Of a DNA stretch of 64,000 bases, positions 14,701-33,522 are shown in pieces (position 1 is the first letter of the stretch; each line of letters opens with the position of its first letter). A model generated the notes under the pieces. It did no database searches and had not been told where the DNA came from. It saw nothing but the letters and a program-made list of their open reading frames with translations. This DNA comes from Balanoglossus misakiensis (Eukaryota > Animalia > Hemichordata), in assembly GCA_040954595.2 (NCBI GenBank), contig CM082579.2, positions 7,553,625 through 7,617,624 on the forward strand. Reading direction: 5' to 3'. Made by a program: the position numbers and the translations under genes.

Positions 14701-17700
14701 GCTGAAGGAACGTCTGCATGATATTGATGAGAACGTGCGACATGAAGCAGTCAGCGCAATCGTTGGTGCAGCTAAGGTAGACGTCACAACAGTCAACAAT
14801 GAGTTGTTAAACTTAGTGAAAGAACGCACCTTGGACAAACGGGTAAGTGTGTTCAGCCAGCCACATGGCCAGAACACGTGATTGATATGAAAGAATTCAT
14901 AAATGTGCATATTTGTGGGCGGCAGGTATTGATAAGCAAACATTTGTGTGTTGACTGAATTGACAGTGGAAGATCCGCAAAGAGGCAACTCTGGGCCTGG
15001 CCCACATTTACAAAAAAGCAATGAACAATCCCGATCTGGCCACCTCTGACGTCCAGCGCATCATCTGGATCCGAGACAAGATTCTGCACATCTACTACCA
15101 ACAGCTGTTGGAAGACAGGTAAAAGGAGAAAGTCTTTTCTCTTATATACAACATGTTCAGTGCTTTTTCTTGAGGGTGGTACCCTGGCAATTAATGCCAT
15201 CGAGGTTTTCCAAATGTATCCACTGATTGATCTGGAGAAGATTACCCAAGTGCCTCAATTTGACATCCATCACATGGAAAATAAAACGCAGTGGACTCTT
15301 TTCATTTGAATCCCAGGTTACTCGTGGAGAGAATTTTCACCATGACCTTAGTGCCGTACAACCTAGAGACCAGTGAAAGGATGCTGAAACTCTACCAGTT
15401 ATACTCGGCAATAGATGAACATTCTGTCAGGTTGGTGTCCAGTTCTGATTTGTGTAGTTTTCAAACTTTGAAAGAAATGTAGAAGCTAGCCTTGGTTGGA
15501 ATGCCCATTGTATACCATTGGCTTGAAAGTGCATCCTTTTCACCTGTACAGGGCAGTCAATGAAATGTTGAAGAACCAGTTCTCAGTCAGGGTGTTTGTG
15601 CGGGAACTGATCGCGTTGATCAAAGGAGGTCAGAAGAACGAGGAAGTGACAAAAGCCATCAGTGCCAAGGTTCTCGCCATTGCAAGTGAGTCAAATAATG
15701 TTAGATTTCATGTAAAGGGAAATTTACATCGACGGTCGTAGAGATATCTTCAGAGGGGCATCTTTGATGTCACACATTTTGGGTTATCCGAGGAGAATGT
15801 GACTGATTCAGTAAAATACAAATGACAATAAAATACAATTCCAGTTATCTGTATTTTTCCCCCTGTATATCAGTGATGTGTTTGCACAGGTTCTCGTAAA
15901 GAGAGACTGTAATCTGTGTTTATGAATGTAATGCAAAATAGGCTTCATAAATGTATTGCCTTCTGTATAACTATAATTGTGTAAATTTCCATTCTGTTGT
16001 ACAGGATGCCTGCCCGAATCTTACAAAGCTCAAGAGCACATGAAGAAGTTGGCAGAAGTCTTATCTGAGAATGTTCACATCCGCTCTCAGATGGATGTCA
16101 TCGTCCATCCATCATGTTCCTGTAAGAAAGCAGATCACGCTGTGGTAAGTATTTCTGTGTTGGGGTGCATAGTTTGAAAGTGTCTTATCAGTGTTTTCTG
16201 AAAAAAGTCTTGTTTTTATCGTTTCACAAACTGCAGTAATGAACTGATGCAACAGAAAGAAATAATTGTTGATTGGCAGCTCAATAATAAGCTCATTTCA
16301 CTGTTACAGAAACAAATAATGATGAAGATTGGGAACCCCAGGCAGATGACACCATTCTATGAATCTGTAAAGACTCTACTGGAACGCATAGCACCACTGA
16401 TGATTGACATCTCAGCTATTAGCGCCCTCTGTAAGCTGGTGCAAGATCAAATAGAAGGTGTGGGGGAGGACTTTGACGACGTCAGTAAGGAAGACACGGT
16501 GGCAAACAGAGGCATGAAACTACTTCTGGTGAGTCGTACATAGCGTTGATGGTTCCAGGTTGTGATGTTTGGAAGTGGATAAGTTTTATGAAACCAGTGT
16601 ATTGCAGAGAACGCATAAGTAATGAAGTTCTGTTTCTGACTAGTTGCTGTAGAAAATAGTGGCAGACATATTTATTTGAACCGTTGCCAAATTTTCCATG
16701 TGCAGGCTCTGTCAGGGACTTCCCCTGGTGCCTTCAGATCTGAAGAGAGCTATGGTCATCTGATCAGCTTGCTGGGAAAGGACAACGTCAGTGTGTCGGA
16801 GATGGCTCTGCAGGTCTTCACAAATGCCGGCAGGGGCATTGAGGAGTCACATCCACAGATTGCGTCGTAAGTATTTTGGTGACTGAATCAAAATTCAACG
16901 AGACATGGTGTCATGTGGAGTGGTGTGATGGCAGTGTATATGACCTAGATTGCAACTTTATGTTCACCCAATTTTAAGCAAATTCATAGTTACATAATTG
17001 ATGGGGCACAAATTTTACAAAAATGGCATGCCAGTAATTTCAGTTCATGCATATCACAACATTGTTACTTTCAGATGTCTCCTTCCGGTGCTACAGAGTA
17101 AAGCTAGGAGTGGCACCCCCAGGGAAGCCAAGCATGCAATACACTGCATGGACTCAATCATTATCAAGAAGAAGAGAACTATATTCGAACAAACATTTGA
17201 AGTAAGTTTGCTGTAAATACGTCAATTATTTTCATAAAACTTATAATTTTAACCCATTTTTGGAAGTTTCTACTCCATCCAAATTAAAACATCCCTGTGT
17301 TGAAATTGAACTTGAAAGTTAAAAGCTAACTTGTCTCTCCAACTACAGAGCCTGAAGAAAGGTCTCAGTCCGGATTCTGCGACTATACACACAGCCCTGA
17401 CCTCGATAGGTCACCTGGCTATGGTGAGTAGCGCCCAATTCTTGGTTCCAATGAAGAGTCTGGTGACCAAGTTCATTGTCAAAGAAATCTTAATGCAGGA
17501 CAGGAGTACACCAATGAAAAGCAAGAGGCTCTGGTGTGCAGACGAAGACGTTTCGCAAGAAACTCAAGTCAAAGTAAGTGACGATCCAAATTAAATGAGA
17601 CTCAGAGCTTTGTATAATAACTTGTAGGGCAAACCTTGATGATGAAAATCTGAAATGTTTATTACTATGTAATGGGTGGAAATGTGAAATCATTAAAAGG

Positions 17701-20700
17701 GTTTTGAATTTGGAGGAGGCCAATAGAATAATCCCGAATTATCTAAGACTCGACCAAAGTTAAGATTCAAAGTTGCCATTAAAATCTGGGAGGAAGCAAC
17801 GTTACTATGCAAGTATGTGTTCAAGGTACATGTGTCTCTGAGAAATTTTTACTTGTGTCCATTGGCACATGACTGGGGGACAAAAATCCACAATGAAGGA
17901 CCATCCTCATAAAATGTGTTTGTCCTTTGTCCTCTTATTTGCAAACTATCTCTGTTTTCCCACCTTCAGATCAGAGCCATGAAACTGCTTGTAAGATGGT
18001 TACAGGGGCTGAGAACTAACGACCAGGTCTCGACTACGTCCACAATACGGCTACTGACAACCATGATACAAAACGATGGAGATCTCATGGAAAAGGGAAA
18101 AGTCAGGTAGGATGCCACACATACAAGTTTGCGGTCTTTCATTGTGTTTTCGCACAGTGTCTTTGTGGTGTGTAATGACGGCATTTTAAGGAACACGAGC
18201 TCGGCAGACCGCACGGAATGTTGTAAAAAATCGGATTGGGCAACTGGGATACAAACTTTATCATTGCATTCCTTGTGGATCTCATACAAATTAAACCATA
18301 TTTATTCTCATTGTCTTCCAGTCCAGCAGAGAAGTCGCGGTTACGACTGGCAGCGGGTTGTGCTGTGCTGAAACTAGCGCAGGAACCAGGCTATGCAGAC
18401 ATCATTACACTGGAACAATTCTATGTCATCGCATTACTCGTCAATGTAAGCCATGCATTTCTTTTTTATCAAAAGTTAACTTGCAAATTTAATTTGTCTA
18501 TTTCTGATGCGATTCTGTATTTGATGTTTCCCCGACAGGATGAATGCTACCAAGTGCGGCAGAGGTTTGCTATCAAGTTGCACAAGGGACTGCTGAGTCT
18601 GAAACTACCACTGCAGTATCTCAGTATCTTTGCGTTGTGTGCCAAGGACCCCATCAAAGACAGGAAGACGTTTGCCAGGCAGTGTCTGGTCAAGAACATC
18701 ACTTTCAGGAAGGATTATCTGAGGCAACATTCAGGTGCTAGCAGTAAGTGGTTTCAAATTGTGTCATAAAAACAGTCATGTGCAGTGACAGTACGTGTTT
18801 AATTTCCAAATCTGTAAGCACAGTACATTTTGTCAATCTGTTATGAGAACAACTTTTTATTAGAAGAATTTGTTGTCAGCGAGATACATTGATGAATTCA
18901 TGTAATATAGACCTCTTGAACTAAATAAGATATTTCCTTTTCTTTCTGACTTTAGGTCATATAATGTCTATCCTTCCAGAACATGTTATTCCATATGCTC
19001 TCCATCTCCTAGCTCATGATCCAGATCTACAGTCATACAGGGATGTCAGTGGGTTGACTGACATTAAAGAGTAAGTTCCATTGCTAGACTTTGTGGTTAA
19101 AAACAATCAAATTTTCCAGGAAGACCAGAAGAATGTCAACATTTTACAATCACATGCCAGCAGCAGCTTTTCTGTCTGCCTGTTATCAGACATCATTTTT
19201 TCAGGCATTGATATTGATTTCATTGATTTCAGGTGTCTGTGGTTCATGCTAGAACCTTTGATCTCCAAGAATGACAGCTATAATCTTGCTAAGAAGATGG
19301 TGGAAACCATCAAACAATGCAAAGATGCAATGGCACCCAATGACAAGCAAACCAATGAGGTAAGTTGGATTGCCATTTTGACTGTTGAGTGTTGCAGATT
19401 TGCATTCATTTTGTCTCAGATCAGGTTGATAAGATATTGACTTGCGTTTGAAAAATCAATTGACAGCACATGCAATTACAAGATACCATCTCATACCCAC
19501 AGTTATTTCATCCCAAAGCATCCAATCAGTATTTCACCACTGTTTTTTAATTTCATCACGTTTTCACAGAAACTGTATGCGGTGTGTGATTTAGCGTATG
19601 GGCTCATCATGACCAAGGCGTCCAGCTTCACACTGAAGGACCATCCCACGGATCCACAGCTGCCTGCTAAACTGTTCACAAAACTGGACAAGTCAAATCA
19701 AAACACGAAGATCTACCTGCCCAAGGAGCTGCAGTTCAACGTCCATGTACAATCGAAGGTATGGCAGTCTCTGCAGCAGCCTATGTACACAACATCATTT
19801 ATTGTTGTTGTACTAATGCGCATTATCTGGTCTATATGTACAGGAAACAAAAGGCATAACATTAGGCTCACAAAAATATTTGCAGATGTTGTATTTCTGT
19901 CGCTAAATGTTGATCCATGACACTTTAGTGCTTGGTATTACTGCAGTGTGGGGATCACATGCATCATATGCATTTGGGAAATGGCTGAGAATATTGAGCC
20001 CATCTGTAGAGGGCGCTGTCCTAAAGTCAGACTGATCCCTTCTTGTAATTCCGAAGGCTTACATGAACATGTATTCACCAACTTTGTTGCTCCACCAATG
20101 ACCACTACTGAATTAAACCGAAATGGCTGTATTGACGCAATTTTTGCCTTACTTGCAGACGAGTGATACAGAACCAAAGGGAAGAAAGAAAACATCGAAA
20201 GAGTCCCCTGAAAAGTGAGTATCAAAGATACGTGTCTTTGCAGTTAAGGGTTTGTACACTTGTAGAAAGTCCCAGAAGTTTTAACTGTGTGGAAAAGTCC
20301 TTGAAAGTAGGGGGGAATGAAATTCACTCACCTTCACCTTTCAGCTGTAAAATGCCAATTATTTGCGAACAACTGTTTGGCACAGATTGCTCCTTTATCG
20401 TTCCTAGAAAACAATATTTTTTGTTCTCTTAACAAATGAAACTATTTTTGTGCACAACAGGAAAGCATCAACAAGCAAAGCTGAAAAGAAAGTCCCTGAC
20501 AACAAGAAAAAGGTCACCGACGACAAAAAGGGTGCTGAGGATAAGAAAAAGTCAGCAGAAGACAAAAAGGATGAAAACAAGAAGAAACTTCAAACTCCAA
20601 ACGCACAAGAAAAAGCAAAGAAAACTGCAAAGCCCAAAGCGGATAAAAATGAAGACAAAAAGAAAGTGTTGACACCACAGAGGCAAGAACGAACTTTGAG

Positions 20701-21970
20701 ATCACCGGGCAAGGAGCCGAACGCCACCAGGAGCAGCAAGAGACTCAAATCGCCCGGCAAAGAGCACATTGTGGAAAGGAAAAAACTCAAATTGCAAAAT
20801 GAGGAGGACTCTCCCAAGAACGAGAAACTAAGGACACCACAAAAAGAAACAAAGCTCAGAGATAATAAATCAGATAAAACAAAAGCGAACACTTCATCTC
20901 CGTCAAAAGTAGATAGGAAAAGGAAAGCAGAACATTCTGCGGACTCGAGTGCGATGGAATCTGCTGCAAAGAAAGCTAAGGAAAGCCCAAGGCGAGCTAC
21001 AAGGTAGGATTGCTTAGAGGGGACAGTGAACTTATAGGCACTCTTGGGTTGTATGTGGGTATGTACTATGTGTGTTTGTATAAAGTGTATAATTATGTGT
21101 AAATCTTTAGTTGGCTTTGTAAAACCGACTCACTCAAGTATATGTGCCATCGCCATTAGTGAATAGTACTCACAAAAACATAGGGGTTTGACATTGTCCC
21201 TGCTTTCTTAGATTATCAGGTAAAAACAAAGAAGATGTTGCGCCGTCACCGTCACCAAAGTCTCCATCCACATCACCCAGGAAACAATCACCACAGAAAC
21301 AATCACCACGGAAACCGGCTCCAAAAGCACAGGGTCAAAAGAAAAATGTGTAAGTAATGATTCTGGTGTTATCTTCCCTTGAGTCAGATGGCATGCAATT
21401 TGATGTATGATTTAATACATCAGTAGAAATTTCATCACAGAGAAAGATTCTCCAGCTTTAGGTATTTATGGATTTTTTTTTTTCATTTTCAGGCGTAACG
21501 TTCGAAGGGCAGCGTCAGTCACAGTGAACGGGCATTCACAGAGTGACGGGGAAGAAAGCAGTCCGACCGAGGAGGAGCAAACACCGAGACGCAGCAGTCG
21601 CAGGAATGTAGCGCTGGAGAAGGCCATAGAAAAAGTTGGCAGGGCAAAAACAAATCTGAAATCAACCCCATCCAGTCCAGCTGCAGTAAGTTAAAAGGTT
21701 CTGTTGAAATTCTGTGCTCCAAGGAGGAGGGTTGGTGTGACGAGTGATGTGAAATAATTTGTGTACAAATAAAGTTTGTATTGGAGGTGTCTTTGCAGGT
21801 TACTAAGCACTGATTTGATTTGATTCGATCTACAAAACTTATAATCTGTTAACCCATCCAGTCAGCTAATCCTTAAAGCTCTTTGAAATTGTTATTGTTA
21901 TTAAATGACAATCCTAACTTTTTTTGTATATTCACAGACAAGGCGGACAATGCGGAAAAGGAAAACGTGA
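11766..21970 (+). CDS. PDS5: Sister chromatid cohesion protein PDS5 (PDS5A/B co-ortholog; about 1436 aa, 28 coding exons)
   Basis: Exons 11766-11855, 12129-12326, 12496-12680, 12925-13051, 13250-13330, 13580-13720, 13927-14042, 14281-14375, 14697-14842, 14967-15118, 15317-15430, 15552-15685, 16005-16144, 16310-16528, 16706-16866, 17075-17201, 17349-17573, 17970-18106, 18322-18445, 18539-18743, 18956-19070, 19233-19359, 19570-19758, 20159-20214, 20461-21003, 21212-21349, 21493-21685, 21938-21970, all phase-consistent. Motifs [79 protein letters not shown]; basic low-complexity C-terminus. AATAAA at 24247. Confidence 0.96.
13284..13450 (+). repeat. 83/84-bp tandem duplication of a PDS5 exon 3' half plus its donor
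   Basis: 13284-13366 and 13367-13450 are identical except for one extra T. Confidence 0.95.
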
Positions 21971-24769
21971 TTTGCGAAAAATTGTGGATATAACATCCAA
22001 ATGCGAATTTTAAACTGCTTCCAATGTAAATAGTCCAATGTAAACCAAAGTTTAGCCGGTGTACTGTAGCATTATTATTTTCCGTGATCAATTTTTAAAA
22101 AAAATAGTAATATAAGCAGTCATTACTTTGAATACTTCCTCAATGGGTGGCACCAACTGGAACTTTTTACGTTATTCTTCAAAAACAAAACAAAAACAAT
22201 TGAAAAAATCGTGCAAGGCCTGTAAAATAACTTTTTTAAATGTTGGTCGATGAAATTTGCATGACAAGCAGGTGTATGTTTGTACAGCGTCTCAACTGTG
22301 TTGTGGTTGGTCAAGTTTTGTTAGCTCACCAGGTGGCCACAAGTGAACAGCGGGCGTGTTTTTGGTGTCAGCACTGCAGTGCCCATGTGTGTAGCACAAC
22401 CCACAATATATGCAACAACTATTCATTTAGACTTTTTTTGTAATCAGAAAATAAAATTGCTTTTTTAAAGTGCCTCTTTGCTAATAACCTGATGTACCCG
22501 CGATGACGCAGATGTGAATTGTACATTATTTTACTAAGTTAGTAAACCGCACATGACAAATAAATTTTAATGGAATAACCTCCAGCCCTTCCCAAAGTGA
22601 GCAGGTAAACATTACTTGCATTTGATGACGCCATCAGAGTTTGTTTTCTCAGAAAAAGTGCAAATAATACACTTTCATTGTCCATGGCTGATTACAGGAA
22701 AGGCTTGTGCCGGGGGGGAATTCAAAATATTCAAAATGTCTGCATGCGGTCGTAGCAATTATTGCTGTGAAGTGGGAAGTCGTGGTCTCATAAAAGGTTA
22801 TTCTCTCAAGTTTGTAAATTTTATGGTCAACAGCGAAAAAGGAAATGTCACTAACTTTTTTGAAAACTGTACGGAAACAGGCATTCCACATTTTTCAGAT
22901 TTACTTATGGATTGTCCGTGAACTGGAAACCTTTCACATTTTAGCCACACCGCTTTTCCGGCGACTATCTTGAATGTACATACGATAGACAGAAAACCTC
23001 GAGTAGAACGAGAAAAAAGTTTGTATTTGATATTGTAATTTGTGTTTAGGAGAGAAGCAGGGGTGTTATCTTACTACCCTGCCACCCCTGCCCCATACCT
23101 TGGTTTAGCCCCATTGTTCTAGATGGTCAGACTGATCTACCTGGCAGTAGGGGTGGTGGGAAGGTGTAACCTTTTTTTTCCATATGAAAACTCAGGTGTG
23201 TGTTGTAGACTGGTACAAAAAAAGATCCATCTTTTATTGCTTTGAGTTACAATTGGCTGTTTTCGGTACTGAAACTGCTTGAAAATTACACACTGACTTT
23301 TAGAGGTGTTGATAATTATGACTTACACAGGCTACAGTTTCTAGGTACAAAACTTCTAAATGAGAACATCAGGAAAGGGAAAGAAAATCCTTTAGAAATG
23401 AAATTTCACTGAGAAAAGGGTATTAGAAATATTTGGTTCGTTGTATCAGTGTAATAGATACCAAAAACTCTAAATTCTGTTAACAGTTTTCATTCGGCAG
23501 TTATTGTTGGTAGGTGTGTCTTTTTTAATTCAGTTGGGGAGTGTACAGTACAATAAATACAAAGGAATACTTGAAATATTATATTGGTGGGCAAAGTGTC
23601 ACCCTTGTGTATGACAATGTATAGGACCTCATGACCAGAATCACGTTCAGAAAATAATCGTATCATCATTTGATGAAAGAGGAAAAAGAAAAAAAAATTG
23701 CCAAGTTTGAAAAGATTCTTTGAAGCAACAGCGGGAGAGTTATCAAGATGAAATCATGTCGGAAGTTCATTAGAAAGTGGTTGATCACGTCGAATTATAA
23801 CCATCAGTGATTTTCAAACTAGTGCAAGGCCAATTATGAAATCACTTCTAAATTTTTAAGTGATTGAACTCTAGTCTCACTATTCAGCAAAGATAAAATC
23901 AATCAACTGATCCTTTTGAGATCACATTTTATGACTGAAATTCTGTTATCAAGTGAATGTCTGTTGTAGGTTTTTTTAAACCCACTTATATATCATATGA
24001 AATGTTTTCCCTCAGTGGCTGAGATGTTTTAATTTTTTGCCTTTTCTGCGTATATTTCTTTCACAAGTCATGTTAGATGGCCCACTTACTGATTAAGATA
24101 TTGATCATATAGAAGTTTGCAACCTTTGCATGAAGGTTTTTATGGATATTAGTGTTGGTCTTTTTTTTTTAATTTCAGTGTGCGATTTTTAGTGTTTTTC
24201 TGGGTATTTGTTAGCATTCCCAGTTCCCTGTTGAACCATTTTTATCAATAAAAGATTATAAATGGATTGATGGGAGTTGTGATTATACTTTGTTTCCAGG
24301 TTCTGTCCCCATGTCACCTGGTGACAGCGCCCTCAGGACGTGAAAGAGTAAAACCGTGTACACGTGTGCCACGGTATTTCAGAAACTATCCATGGAACTT
24401 TTGTCCAATTTTCGAGTTTCTGATGTCAGTCACACAAACAAAACAATATTGGCCCAATTCTGTCAACAAGGGAGCTATAAACAATATCCTCAAGATTCAA
24501 ATGTTTTGTAGAATTATTCATTTATTTTACGAAAGCATTGAGAAAAATTGACTCTAAAACACTAAGTATAAAAGAAAAAAATTTACACTATTACAGTAGT
24601 TTGAAAAACTTGAATTTGAACTCCACTGACAATGGACTGAGTAAGATTTGCCGACAGACACAAGAATGAATATTCATACTTAAAAGTTCACTGCAGGTGT
24701 GGCACCAATATTACCCATAAACCAACTGGACAATTCCAAATACCCTGAAGGAGAATGCTAAATATGATT

Positions 24770-24866
24770 CTAACCCTTTAACCCCCAACAATATTTGAAT
24801 ATGGATCCAACCATCCCCCATGGAGAACAACAGGAATGTGTCAGTATTGGTGGCTGACGGGGGTAA
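24770..24866. mobile_element. Degenerate copy of the TTAA/CCC MITE family, in the UBE2K 3' region
   Basis: ctaaccctttaaccccca...ccatggagaacaac...tggtggctgacgggggtaa aligns with the reverse complement of 6246-6340. Confidence 0.45.
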
Positions 24867-26384
24867 TTTTCAGATTCTGTGCGCTGTCAAATCCACGAAC
24901 CTCCCATGTGATACCATCATTCTTGGAAAATATGAATAAGTCACTAAAAGTAAGACAAGAATTCACTCTGAAAGCACTATTATAAACAAAGGAAAAATCT
25001 ACCACGCTCATACCTTTTGAAACAAGTATATCCCCTATCTTGAAATATATCAGATAAGATCATTCGAAGTGAAAAACACCTTCATACAGAAATCTCAAAA
25101 TACAAACTGGATCTCAAACATTAATATTGCACCACTATGCAACACCTTCACATTATTATTATTAATTAAAGTCTGTGACCCTTGAAAATACAGGGTCTTT
25201 CAATACAAGATTTTAAAGCACAGTCTAAAACCAAAGACCATCAGGGTCTATGCTAAAACTAACACTTCACTGTCAAGATTTCTTTCAAATTTTCTTGTAA
25301 TGACATTGATATTTTGCTTAAAATGTCAAAAGTACAATCTCTGCAGAGGGGGAGGACTTATACATATTAGGCGCTTATGAACATTTTCAAAAATTTTAAA
25401 ATTTATGAACAGATCTGAAAAGGCAGATTTAAAGAGCACAGTTATCTGGCCAACAAACTGATCGCTGGGAAATTTGCTGGTTTAACAGTCAATGAGTACG
25501 TACAAATCAACAGGAATTATACTAAACACTACTAAGCAGTACGGTTAGACCACTTGTCCACACACAGAAAATTGCTGGACCAGTGGGGGAAGCCAGACAT
25601 ACAGTATACAGTCATGTTATCTTTTATTTGCCAAATCGCAAATTCCACTTATGCCTTTTCTTGCTCACAGACAGTGGCTCTGCACGTGTAACTTTGTGCG
25701 TTTCACAGATTTTTTTCTTGTGCATGAAACGTTTCTGTGTACGCAACAACCTTACAAATGCTAGCTGACACTGCCTAGGAGAAAGTGGTCCGATTCACAT
25801 TCAGTACACGCATCAGTATGTGGTATCCTCAACCAACTCTGCATTCCACATTAAAGGACTATCATACCGTTATAGGCACACACACTCACACACATACACA
25901 CACTGACTCTTTCATTGGGAAATGCTCACACGACAGACCTACTCTGAATTAAAACAATGACACCCCTGTGGTGATTTCTGGCCACAAAGCACCACAGAAG
26001 TCGCATGATGCGCATAACTACAAACATCAATGCTCAATTTCTGTCCACTCAGACATACGCCTTCATTTACAATTGAATTCCACACCACATCATTCCAATT
26101 CCCGCATGATTCAACTTTCAACCCCAACCCCCAGTTACAGTTCACTTTCACACATTCACACAAAATCTGACGGATCCACAAGTCCCGTCTCTCGGTGCTG
26201 CAAAAAGCTTACTTCGCTGTCCTTTGTTGCTCGCGAATTTGACAGAAATTCCTGAACCTGCAGAGCCAGCTCGCTTCACATTCAAAGACTTATTAATATA
26301 CTGCATTCATTGAAGATAGGCAATTGATTTAGTACAGTCTCTATATACACAAGTGTAATCTATACAATAGAAAGTGATTTGTCT

Positions 26385-28427
26385 TCAGCTCATAAGGTGT
26401 TCCAATGCTTTTTCTACATCCCAGTTGTACATGGAAAGTGCTTCTCTTGAAAGTGTCTGTTGGACAAAGAAAGAAACACAAGATCAGACACTACAGAAAT
26501 AATAACCGGTTCTATATCAGTTATATTTCCTCAAAAGTTGGAAAAAAGCCACACAGTCAGAAATTCAGATACATTGTAATTCTCGTAAAGATTCCCAGAG
26601 TTGTCTTTGACGACACAAAAGTTGACATCCTACCTCATCAAATCCCATCTCTCTAAGTTGTCTAAGTTTACTTTCTAATGTTGAATTTTGTAGACTGCCG
26701 GGTGCCCCTGCGTACACACACGCCCAATGCCTGGCTGTTTCCTGAAATGCTGAGGGATTTTCTTTGTACTGCAGAGAAAAAACATTTACGGCTTATAATG
26801 ATTATGAATTCACATAAAACTGCCACACAGAACACCTTGTGCATGCAAGTCAAAGAAATTATTTCAATGCAGAGATAGATATAACACCTTATACCTGACA
26901 CAAACAGTACCAGTACTCAAAACAGGAAACATTGCACACACACACACACCACACCACAAACGCCATACACACACCCAAATGAAGCCAAACAGAGAGAGGG
27001 GTAGTACATGTACCTGTTTTGCTACCACGGCATCCTGTGGATCATCTGGTTCTGCTGCTGCTAGTAACGCTTGTAATGACAACAACACCGTGCGTAGGGT
27101 CATGGCCGCTGCCCACTGATCGCGCAGGATGTCCAGACAGATAGCCCCTGTTTTAGAACTTATGTTTGGGTGCCAAATCTTTGTGACAAATCTGACCTAT
27201 AAGAAGCAAAATCAATGTCTACCATCATCTACATTTGATGTGAATCATATTCTGCCATACTTTCAGTCGAATGATATCTTGCCAGAGATCATGTGATATT
27301 GTTACACATTGTAACAACATCTCATTTTCAAGCCTCTGGTTAATCATAGTTATCCGAAAGGCCATTCCTACCTTAGGTGGATTAAATGGATACGTCTCTG
27401 GAATTATAATTTCTAAAATATATTTTCCGCCTTCATATGGTGTGTCTGGGGGTCCAGCAATCTCCCCGCGTAGTTCATTATAATGGCTACCAACCATCTC
27501 AACTTTTATGGCACATTTTGCAGCCTGTTAAAAAAACAACAACAAGCATATGCATGATCTAGACAGACTTTCAGTATCCTGATGGCAGGAAAGCTTCAAG
27601 TGACACTCAGTACGACAGAGATCATTCAGTTTGCAAAGCCAACATTATGTCAAATGTTGGTTCAACGATCAACCCCAGTGCTTTAAAAACATATCCTCTG
27701 ATGTGTGATTCAATATTGTAGCACTGGCAGCATACAAATGAACCATTGTATAATATTGAACACAAATTGCCTGGTCTTAATTCAGGCTATAACTATAAGT
27801 ACCAAGTATTCCCCATACTCCTTGTGATTGTGAGTTGCCAGAGATGATCACTATTTACCTCAGCCCTCATGGACATGCAATATGTGTTCAATAGAAGATC
27901 AATGGTTCAATATAGACTGCATATTCTTCCAGATTTGAGTATTTGATTCAAATAGCTATCATATTTTTTAAGAAATGGAAATTTGGTGACTTATGAAGGT
28001 ACAGTACCATAATCATTCACCATGGGTGAATGATATACTACATCTAAAGGTACTATACTGTCAATATCACCCCACTTCCTGATCAAAATATTGTACACAC
28101 CAGATGTGATTTTACATAATACGGTCTGTATATTTCTAGCAAAATGTTCAGTCAGTCACGCGGAATTCTCTTGGTCATTGAATCTAAAGATGGTGTGGTC
28201 ATTGAAAAGACACAAAGTGAAATGTTAGATGTAACAACATAGTTGTTTTTGGTGTACTTTGGGGCAAGATTCTGGCCATCGCCGTCTGGGATGACGAGAT
28301 CTCATGATCCAGAAACGTGTTGTTTTGCGGTAACGTTAGCGGTGTTTGGCTAAGTTACACCTACCTCGTCACATTTAACAACTTCTTTAAATTCTCGCTG
28401 TATTCTAGCAGCTGCTATGTTTGACAT
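26385..28427 (-). CDS. UBE2K: Ubiquitin-conjugating enzyme E2 K (E2-25K/HIP2; 201 aa, UBC + UBA)
   Basis: Exons 28427-28365, 27524-27372, 27196-27014, 26768-26634, 26456-26385. Translation [16 protein letters not shown]...[14 protein letters not shown]...[19 protein letters not shown]...[13 protein letters not shown]...MGFDE...[12 protein letters not shown]; poly(A) signal at 24526-24521. Confidence 0.96.
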
Positions 28428-28871
28428 GACTTAATAATTCCTATGTTCTGTTTAACAGAAACTAAATTTTAAAACGTATTCTGCTTCGGAATACCGAGAA
28501 GTTTTCGACGACGGTAATTTTATTTAATATACGCATGCGTAAAGTACTCGTTAGAGAGGGCGCTATGGACCTCGATCATAAGAAAAAAAATTGTAGTAAA
28601 TAAAAACCTTTCAGTAACTTATCCTAATTTTCGTGCATTTTTAGCTACTTAGCTCATTCGAGTTTTGATTTTTTTGAAGTTTTCTTAGTTTATGTGTTTG
28701 TTGTCGAATGTTCTGTAAGCGTGATCATTTTATCCGTGTACAAGGCTGACCACGGGACGTATATATATCAGCTCACGCATGCTCCAAGAGCTCGGTGCAG
28801 CTAGTGTGGATTGCAAGTGGAAATTGTACAATCTGGAGGAGGGTGATCCCAGTGAAAAAACAGACCCAAAG
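28428..28871. promoter_or_regulatory. Bidirectional UBE2K/PRPS1 promoter
   Basis: The two ATGs are 444 bp apart and divergent. NRF1-like palindrome tacgcatgcgta 28530-28541; second cacgcatgc at about 28774; CTCF-like agagggcgcta at about 28555; tatatata at about 28760. Confidence 0.75.

Positions 28872-33522
<4,651 letters not shown>

Noticed and set aside
28779-28871. Upstream in-frame ATG giving a 31-aa PRPS1 extension
   Set aside because: The ATG lies inside an NRF1-like motif and probably upstream of the TSS implied by the TATA-like element; the conserved start is MPNIK.
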